From the human T2T-CHM13v2.0 reference genome, Homo sapiens: 64,000 bases of DNA. Below the pieces are notes generated by a model that saw nothing but the letters and a program-made list of their open reading frames with translations, searched no databases and was not told where the DNA came from. Below, piece by piece: positions 53,987 to 64,000 of the stretch. The position numbers and the translations under genes are program-made. Where the stretch lies: assembly GCF_009914755.1 (NCBI RefSeq), contig NC_060931.1; one strand, given 5' to 3'. Every line of letters starts with the position of its first letter. The stretch's first letter is position 1.

Positions 53987-55174
53987 GAGATATTACTCTT
54001 TTGTCTGTGATACCAATTGTGAGTATTTTTTCTAGTTTGTCACTTGTCTTTTTACTTTTCTTTTGGTGTCTTTTAGTATCCAAAGTTTTTTGTCTTTATG
54101 TAATCCAGTTTCTTTTCCTATATTCTGATCTTTTTTAGTCCTAGCTAGAAAAATTTTGCCCAATCCCAGATAATAGAGGAATTTACTCATATTCTCTTCT
54201 AGTACTTGTATGGAGTCATGTTTTATAATTAAATATCCAGTTTTCGGGATAAATGATGGGAGGAGTAGACTCTGTTGTTTTTCCTTATGGCTAAACAGTT
54301 GTTCTGACATCATTTAGTTGAAAGTCATTCATTTCCTCTCAGGTTTGTGATGTTTTCTTTATTTATACTAAGCTTATACTAAATTTATTTATAGCAAACA
54401 TATTAGATTTCTAAATTTCTAAATGTAATTGGGTCTTTTTTCTCTTCTTTTCCCATTGGTTTGTCTGTCTGTGCGTGGGCCCTGCTGCGCTGTTTGGATA
54501 GAGAAGCCCTGGAGTTCACTTGTTCTGCAGTGGGGCTCACACCCCACTAGTTCTTTTTCCAAAGTTTACCTGGCTATTCCCTGCTTATTTATTCTTTTCC
54601 AAATGAACTTTATAATTAACTTGTCTAGCTCCAGAAAAAAAAACCTGATAATATATTTAACATGATTGTGTAGCACTTACAAGTTAACTTAGGGAGAAAT
54701 GACGTATTTATTAGGATTTTGTGTCTTTTTATCCAAGAATATGGCATGTACATCTTTCCATTAGTTCAGGTCTTCCTTTGGGACCTTTTGGAGCTTCTTA
54801 TTGTTTTCCTCATAAATGTTTTAGACGTTTATTGTTAAATTTGTGTTTAGTATTTAAGATGTTTGTCTTGATATTCATAAATGAGACTTTTTGTGGGGGA
54901 GGTTCAGTCTTTGTCAGGTCTTTGAAATCAATGTTATGTTCATTTCATAAAACAAATTGGGAAGCTTTCCTTTAAAAAAATATTTGGCTTAAGTAGCAGT
55001 AGGATTTCCTCTGACACTCTTCTCTGTGCCTGGTAGTTTGTTTTTGTTGTTGTTTTTTATTTTTTTCTTTGGTGTTTTTATTTTGGGGTTTTTTTGGGGA
55101 ACTCTTTTATGACTTTCTTTGGGACTGGGGTCAATTTTAATAAGTTGTATTTTCTTTAAAAGTTACTCTCTTCT

Positions 55175-55292
55175 AGCTAGGTGTAGTGGTGCACACCTGT
55201 AATCCCAGCTATTCAGGAGGCTGAGAGGATGATGACTTGAGCCTAGAGTGTGGAGTTTGAGTCTAGCCCGGGCAACAGAGGGAGACCCTGTC

Positions 55293-55320
<28 letters not shown>
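55175..55320 (+). mobile_element. Alu monomer (FLAM/FAM-like)
   Basis: Monomer with A-tail. Confidence 0.8.
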
Positions 55321-55323
<3 letters not shown>

Positions 55324-55544
55324 TTTACATTTTCAAGTTGATTTTGTTAGAACTATACAAAATCACCTCTTTTAAAAATTTTCTCTCACAGTGTTTTCAA
55401 ATTTATTGTTAAGAAATCATGGACTAAGAGGAAGACTTCGTACTTTTGTTGGCGTGTTGAGTATTTTGTTTCATAATGAAACCGTCTAATGAAACTGTTT
55501 AAACTGGTTAGCCGTCTTTCTTGCCTCTCCTTCTTCACAATAAG

Positions 55545-55674
55545 CATTCATTTCCGAGGATGTGGTCTGCTCACACATTATACTCTTCTCTAAGATTTCG
55601 CATTGCACAGAATGTGAACAATGTCCTTTAACCTCTTCTGGAACAGAAATACACTTCAAAAATTATACAAACAA
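55545..55674 (+). pseudogene. Candidate exon J (frame ambiguous)
   Basis: Long pyrimidine tract ending ttcacaa-taag (possibly a mutated cag); CAA/gtatgt donor; one fully open frame. Confidence 0.45.
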
Positions 55675-56634
55675 GTATGTATTAATTGTTAATACTAAGC
55701 GCTATGCTAAATATATGGGGCTGAAAAGATGGAAATGATCTCTGTCCTCAGGGGGCTTGTTTATGGTAAGTATAGCAGTGCTTACCCTACAGGCAAATTG
55801 TCTGTTGGGATATCTTGGGTTCACATACCTGTAAAGGATGATTCTGCTGTCAATGTCCCCCTCCAAAGTCACAATGTTGAGCATCTCATTTTCCAGCCAT
55901 GACATTTCACCTTTCTGGTTCCCTCTGTCTGGTAACAACTCCAGCAATTATTTGGCCACACCAGGTCCTCTAATCCATAGGCCTATCCACATTTTTCATC
56001 TTGCCTCATACTTCCACATCCTCACATCTCTGTTTCCCTGGCTTAAATCTGTGATTTGTCATAATCATCCCACTGCATATACCTTGCCCCATTCCTGTAC
56101 TGTTGTACCTCCCTGGCAAAAACCCACGTCTCAGCTTACAAGGCACCTATCCCTGAGCAGCTACCAGACCATGACTGAAGAAAAACGTAAAACCATAGTG
56201 ACTTGTCTCACTTTAATAAATTCAAGTTCACAACTGGTTAGCCTTTTATTCATTTAACTTTGAAGAACGTATTAGTTGATGTCTAACTGCTGAAGTTTTG
56301 GCCCTATTAACTATTCAAGTTTATGATTGAAAGAATTTGTCACTAGTTGTTTTGCCTTAAGTAACCTGAGATACTTGCTTTGACTCTCTTTTCAAAGGCT
56401 TTCAGACTTGGATATTAAAGGCCTGGGTAATTGCCTTTAGAAGGGATAGCAAACAGTATGAAACACAAAGATTTTGTTGTGTAGATACTAGATTCATCAT
56501 TCATTATTAGTGTAGATTAAAGTTTTAGCTTTTGATTTTTGTTTGGATGTTTTTAGTTTCTTAAGCAGGTGAGAAATTTATTGAATAATAGACATCTGAT
56601 TTCTTTGCATTTCCTTCATATTTGGGTGTTGGCT

Positions 56635-57242
<608 letters not shown>

Positions 57243-57466
57243 TAACTTCTTGACCTATCCGAAAACAGATAGTTCCTTTATTGCTTCTGAATACCATTAT
57301 GCTTAATTGTATAAAAGAAATGATGGGATTTTATAAATGTATATGTTTTTAAATTTAGTCTTACGATTTACTATGTAAAAAATACTCTCTAAAGAATTAT
57401 AATATGGTTTGGGAAAAAGAATAACATCTGCCTGATAGAGTTGTTGAAAGTTAGTATATTTTACAG

Positions 57467-57567
57467 CTCAGGAAACCAAGGAATCATGATGTTGAGCTGT
57501 TGTGGATAGGATGAGCCAGGGTGGTTATTCCATGGAGAATCTGGACAGAGTTAGCCAAATCCTGTTG
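57467..57567 (+). pseudogene. Candidate exon K (QETKES*C*AVVDRMSQGGYSMENLDRVSQILL or alternative frame)
   Basis: atattttacag acceptor; TTG/gtgagg donor. Confidence 0.5.
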
Positions 57568-57944
57568 GTGAGGTCTTTGAGCAGAAAACTTTTTCATTTT
57601 GCCCTTAGGTGCTGGCAGGTAGCCAAGAGTGAACCTAAGGAAAGTAGTTTCCCGGGTTTTTTGTTTATTTGTTGTTGTCAGTGAATTCTGTAAGATTAGT
57701 CTGCCTGTTTTTATCACAAAGACCATTATTTAAGTTTTGAAATGAGACAATAAATTCCTGAGTTGTTTCTTGTACCTTTTCCAAAAATAAACATGGCTGT
57801 TGTTCTGTGCTAGTTTTTATACTATTGTTGAATAAGATGGTCATGACCTCTATGCATAGTATTAAGGTATTGCTTAGCCCAAACAAGATAGTAACAGATT
57901 TGTTTAGAAATTTGCAAGCATGTTGCTAACCATATTACAGTAAT

Positions 57945-59075
57945 TTTTTTCATTTATTAACAAATATTTATTAAATTGTTGCTATATTCTACGCATTATT
58001 ATAATCTCCAGGGATAGACAAAAGCTCTTTCCCTATTGGAGCTTACTTCCTGGTATGGGAGAGATAAACAATAAATAATAAACTCAGGGAATAAGTAATT
58101 ATGTATACGTAAGAAGGTGATAAATTCCATGGAATAAGGAAGACCAGGTTTAATGTTTAGTGGGTGGATTGAAGTTTTAAATAGGGTAATCTTGGTAGGG
58201 CCTTATTGAGAAGAAGATATTCGAGCAAAGATTCAATGGCAGTGAAAGAAGTCATCATGAAATTACCTGGGAGGAAGAGTGTTCTAGACTAAGTGAAGAG
58301 CCAGTGCATAGTCCATAATGGAGTGTAATTGAAATGTTTGACCCACAAGGAGACCTGTGTCTAGGACAAAATGAATGCAGAGAGAAGGTGGTGGGAAAAG
58401 TGCTCAGAGAGGTAATGCCAGATTACGTAGGGACTTGCAGGTCTTTGTAGGGAGCAGATGGGTGGTCATGTCTACCATTGATATTATATGTTAAGTCTAG
58501 ATCTAATGACAAAAAATTAATATTTGTTCAGTTTTTACTATATTCATCCTATAGATACTTTTCAGCACTTTCTGTGGGCTATTCATTGTGCTAAGTGAAG
58601 GGAAAACATTAAACAAGAAAACAAACAGCAAATGCAAGCCACAGTCCTTGTGAAGACTATCTTGGTTCAGTGCAAAGGGTGGTGTTTTGTGTGTCAGTCA
58701 TTGTATCTGACACTTTACATATTTTACCTTGTGTAATTCTGAGTATTTCATTTGATTCTGAGTATCCAATAAGATGGACAATGTCATTAACTTGGAATAC
58801 AGTTGATGAAAATGAGGCTAAGAAAATCTGCTAATTTTTCCAAAGTTGCATTACTGATATATGGCAGAATGGGATTAGAATTCAGTCTTATCTTTTCATT
58901 ATACCATTGATTCCCAAATCTGGCTGTGCATCAGAGTTAACTTGGAGGCTTGTTTAAGCTAAAGATTCCTTAACCTTATCTCTGGGAATTCCCATTTAGC
59001 ATAGCTGGCGTGGAGCCCTGGGAATCTGTATTTTTAATAAATACTCCAAGGATTTCTGTATTTTGAAACTACCAC
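57945..59075. mobile_element. L2 3' end, MIR-like and MER5-like fragments
   Basis: aacaaatatttatt (L2); gatgaaaatgaggct (MIR); gggaatctgtatttttaa (MER5). Confidence 0.6.
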
Positions 59076-59866
59076 CCTCCATTATTATATTTATGGTAGT
59101 GTGATACAAGTGATTATAGGAACCTTTGTCTTTTATTTTTAAAGAAAATGGTTTTGTTGTTTCATTGTTTAGTATCATGTTTGCTACCAGATTTTTAGAG
59201 ATGCTCTTTGTCAGGCAAAGATTTCCCTATTTTTCCTAGTTTGTTAAGAATTGAGTGTTGAATTGTAATAAACTCTTTATCTCCATTGATAAAACCATTT
59301 GGGTTTTTTTTCTTTTAATTTATGAAGGTGGTAGATTATGGTTTTTCAAATATTGGACCAACTTTGAGTACTTGAAGTAAATACAACTTGTTTATGGTAT
59401 ATTCAGTTTTTAAAAACATGGTTGGTTTCAGGGTTTTTTTTTTTTTTAAGATTTCTGTAATCTCTCTGAGATTGTCTTTAATATTCTTTCCTTAAACTGC
59501 CCTTATTTTGATATCAGAGTGGTAACAGCCTCAGAAAGGGACATGGAGAATCTTTCCTCATTTTCTGTCCTCTGAAGGTCATTGCATCTACCTAAAACCA
59601 TCTGTTCCTTAGATACTTGGTAGAACTCACTTTTAAAATCACCTAGAAATGTTTTTATGATAGTTTAACATTCAAAGGTACTACAGGGCATCCAGGTTCC
59701 TGATTTTCCAGAGTTGGTGTTATGCATTTATGTTTTTCTAGGAATTTGATCATTTCACCTGAATTTGTAAACAGTGCTCCTGTTTTCAGTCTGTGTCTGT
59801 ATTTATGCCTCTTTCTCATTGTCGTCTTATTTGTGCATTTTTCTTGATATGTTTTGCCAGTGCTTG

Positions 59867-61172
59867 TGTAGTTGCCCGATGGGTTCTTCCTGCCCACTCC
59901 ACAGACAAAATCATACCCTGAGACCATAGCATTGCAGTCAAGAAAGAACTTCATTCATGTGAAGCTGGCCCATGCAGGAGAACTGGGCTTATCACTCAAA
60001 TCCATTTTCCTGAGGGCTCAGAGTTTAGGGTTTTTATGGACAGTTTGGTGGGCAGGGGGCTAGGGAACGAGTGTGGCTGATGGGTTGGGGATGAAATCAT
60101 AGGGGGGTGGACAACAGTCTTTGTGCACAGAGTTCACCTCTGGGACCAGTTGAGTCATGAGTCACAAGCCTGGGTAGGATCTGTCTGAAAGATATCTCAA
60201 AAAAACAATCTTAGGTTTGTTATATGTAAAATGTTTGTTCCCTGGTGCCATAAAGAAATAGCACTCAAATATAAATTTAATTCTCTCAGCAAGGCAATCT
60301 GTATTTTCTGCAGAAAGGGTGCTCATCGCAGTTGGAACAATGGCGAGAGCACATTCGAACAAAGGAAAGACGTAATTTTTATCCCTTATGCTGTTTGTTC
60401 CTGCTACTGTGTCCTGTCTCCATTGGCTGGAGCCAGACCGCGCAATCTAAACTAAAACCCGATTGGCTAACAGTTTAAAACTTTTCTAAATAGGTAAAAG
60501 TAATGGAAAGACAAAGGAAAAGAGGAAGTTGCTTATGCCAAATAGGGAAGGGGCATAGGCTGCGAGCTGGAACGTGCCCGTGAGCATGTCCAGCACAAAT
60601 ATTTTGGTTAAGGTACAAGGACATAGAATGTACTATGCACCTGTGAGCATGTTTAACAGCTACATAGGATAGGGCTTAACAAAGAGTTATTAGCATAAAG
60701 TGAAGAGGCTTGAAGGAAGTTAGTCTTTAAAATAAACTATTATTTCTAACACTTATGATTTACTCTTTAACAAGAAGGGAAACTTTGAAGAGGAACTTTT
60801 TACTTTCTACAGGTTCTACAATAATGATGTTATCTATAGGAACAATCGAGGAAGTCATGAATTTTGCGACGTCTGGCCACATGACTCCCGAGCAGTAAGG
60901 GATTATAGAAACTACACCTACATTTCTGTGGAGTTTAGGCCCTTCCAGTTCCCATTATCATATTCTTGCTTACAAAGGTGGTTTTCAGTCCCTGATCAAG
61001 GAAAGGGGCTAGTTATAGGGAGGGGCTGTTATCATCCTTGCTCCTAAGTTAAACTGGAAACCACATTTCTCCTAAAGTTAGCTTGGCATACACCCAGGAG
61101 TGACCAGGGACAGTTTGGAGGTCAGCTATGTCAGATTTCTTCTACTGTCACAATTTTGCAAAGGCAGTTTCA
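59867..61172 (-). mobile_element. LTR8-like (ERV1) solo LTR interrupted by LTR10
   Basis: TGAAACTGCCTTTGCAAAATTG start; ...GGCAACTACA end. Confidence 0.78.
60218..60811 (-). mobile_element. Solo LTR10 (LTR10E-like) nested in LTR8
   Basis: TGTAGAAAGTAAAAAGTTCCTCTTCAAAG...ATAACA; exact TSD GGTT 60214-60217 / 60812-60815. Confidence 0.85.
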
Positions 61173-61954
61173 TTTTATTAATTTTACTGATCTTTTAAAG
61201 AACCAGCATTTGGCTTCTGTTGTTTTATTTTCATTTTCTATTAATTCCTGATAATGCTTTTATTATTCTTTTATGTTCCTTGGGTTTATTCAGTTATATT
61301 TTTCTTAATTCATAGTTTGTGGTCATGTTTTCTAATATAGGCATCAAAAGCTATAAATTTAGCCATATCCTATGGGTTTTAAAAAAGTTGTATTTTCACT
61401 ACTTAGGTTCTGTAGAAATCTCTGTAGTGTTCATTTGCACATTTTGTAACCTTTCTAGTTACTTCGTTACCATTGGTTTTTAGTGTACTTGTCTTGGTCA
61501 CAGCATGTGGCTCCTTGACCCCACTGGTCGCACTCCTCAAGAGCCTTTGCTCTTATTCCCCCACCCCCCCACCCCACCCCACCCTGCATAGCTCTTCCCC
61601 AGATAGCTGCAGTACTCACTATTCAGTTTACGTCTTGACACAAGTATCACGTTTTCAGGGAGGCCTTCCCTCTCCATCTTCCTGAAGCTTCACACACCTT
61701 CTTCTCCTCGTTGCTCTTCCTGCTTTATTTTCTTTCCTCAGCACTTATCACTTTCTAATGTATTATTTAACACAGTGTTCCCAGCTGGATAGAGAAGGAA
61801 GTAAAGCCATTATGGGGTGTATAGCTGGAGACTGAAATAGAATTAAATCATAAGGGAAGTGGGGAGGGCTGAGTGCCCGGACTTTGCCTGTCATGAGACT
61901 GAAGACATAGGGGTAGATGCAGCTGAGGAGTCAGGGTTGTGGTTGGAGAGGGAG

Positions 61955-62596
<642 letters not shown>

Positions 62597-62849
62597 GAGA
62601 GGAAAGTTTCAACTTAGACATGAAGAGGTCATCACATCAGTCCTGGATGATGATGAAATTGAGGGTGGGGCAAAGTTCCTTATGTGGAATTTAGGTAAAG
62701 GTGACAGCAGGAACACTAACCAAGACATTTGGAGGCAGGGTTGGGCATGGTCCAACATGATAGTGGGAATCAGGCTAAAGAAAACACGAGAAACGACATC
62801 AGTGTCCATCTTTCATAGCTGCTAATGGAGTAGCTCTTGGTTTCTTCAG

Positions 62850-62937
62850 GGTCTGTTTTGGATGGTTCCCTTTTGTGAGGGCCAAGCAGCCCATGGTGGA
62901 AGCGGGAAGGCCGGGAGTGGTTTGAGGAAAACAACCT
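62850..62937 (+). pseudogene. Candidate exon L (GLFWMVPFCEGQAAHGGSGKAGSGLRKTT or SVLDGSLL*GPSSPWWKREGREWFEENN)
   Basis: tttcttcag acceptor; CCT/gtaagc donor; GC-rich unique island. Confidence 0.5.
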
Positions 62938-63600
62938 GTAAGCGTGGACCTTGCTATATGGATGAAGAAGGGGTTGGCTCCCTAGGTGCCTGGTTCCTCG
63001 TGGATTCAGAGCAGCCTGTCCGGTTACACTCTTTAACTTCAGGATCTCATGGCCTGTGGAAGAAGCAGTGCTTTTGTTTTTGTTGTTTGTTTACTTGCTC
63101 TTTGTCTACCCTAAGCGAACATTTTAGGGAGTTATAATGTCTGTTTCCCCTAAATGTCACTGCTCTGTACATTTTTGTTGCAATATTTTTGTTACAAAGT
63201 TGCACATTGCAATTTTTTTTTGTCTTTTCATTTGCTCTCATGGGCTTCCTTACTTAGAGAACATTTTCTTCTACTTCAAGTATTTGTGTTTTTCTGTTTA
63301 TGTCTTTAGTTTTAAAAGTACCTGCAGCTGACATAGCAGCGCTTTCACTGGCGCCTGATTTTCCTTTGTACTATTGTCATTTCCAGCCATGCCTCTGGTA
63401 TTACTGTTGGTGGGAGTTTTTGTTTGGTTGGGTTTTTGTTTTGTTTTGGTATGTTACTGTTGTTTTGTTTTTTTACTTTTTAATTAACTTGTAGTAGAAT
63501 ACTTAATAGTTCTTGGTTGGCAGACAGTTAAGAAACTGAACTGTTTACCATCTTCTAGGCTTATGGCATAACCTTGTACAAGAGAACCTAATTTTTACAG

Positions 63601-63685
63601 TGGTGCTTTACTGATGCCAGTTTGCTTTGTCCTGATCTTTTGGGGACAATACCATTTTTAAGATTATTTTATGCTGTAGAAATAA
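63601..63685 (+). pseudogene. Candidate exon M (open frame WCFTDASLLCPDLLGTIPFLRLFYAVEI)
   Basis: ctaatttttacag acceptor; TAA/gtaact donor. Confidence 0.4.
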
Positions 63686-63864
63686 GTAACTTAAAAGCAG
63701 TATCTCTGTGCAGTTTTCTTATGTATCTACATTGCTTATATGGTTTCTCTGCCATAAGTCTGTTTACTGAGATGATTTTATATGTGCATTGGGCTCCTTA
63801 GAATTCCTTAGGAAATTGTATTAGCCTCCATGAAGATCAGATATCAGAAAGCTTAGGAGAAATT

Positions 63865-64000
63865 GCCAGGCACGGTGGCCTCACGCCTGTAATCCCAGCA
63901 CTTTGGGAGGCCAAGGCGGGCAGATCACCTGAGGTCAGGAGTTTGAGAGCAGCCTGGCCAACATGGTGAAACCCCATCTCTACTAAAAATACAAAAACTA
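63865..64000 (+). mobile_element. AluS left arm, cut by window end
   Basis: Alu left-arm sequence. Confidence 0.9.

Overview
Primate (human-like) nuclear DNA, mostly interspersed repeats; no intact protein-coding gene, rRNA/tRNA gene or CRISPR array. Bases 1-22.1 kb are a nested retroelement stack on the minus strand. An old near full-length L1MA-type LINE carries Alus and a 2-LTR HERV-K(HML-3)/MER9 provirus, which has an internal 340-bp duplication fusing the env start to RNase H. At the L1 3' end sits an LTR3-like (HML-6) U3 fragment joined directly to an LTR-less HERV9 internal region, itself interrupted by a solo LTR13 (HML-4). Bases 28.9-38.0 kb are a Tigger1 DNA transposon split by two Alus and a full-length L1PA5-like LINE. 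Further right are a U13 snoRNA retrocopy, a MER11 (HML-8) solo LTR, three LTR10 (HERV-I) solo LTRs, LTR8, LTR33, MaLR, MER20, MER5, L2 and many Alus. The most interesting signal lies in the non-repeat islands: about 13 plus-strand segments with canonical AG/GT borders (22.4-63.7 kb) that splice into a protein-like, stop-riddled frame with a C2-like N-terminal pattern. This is probably an unprocessed decayed gene that I cannot name. Subfamily calls are from recall of consensus sequences, and borders without a target-site duplication (TSD) are approximate.
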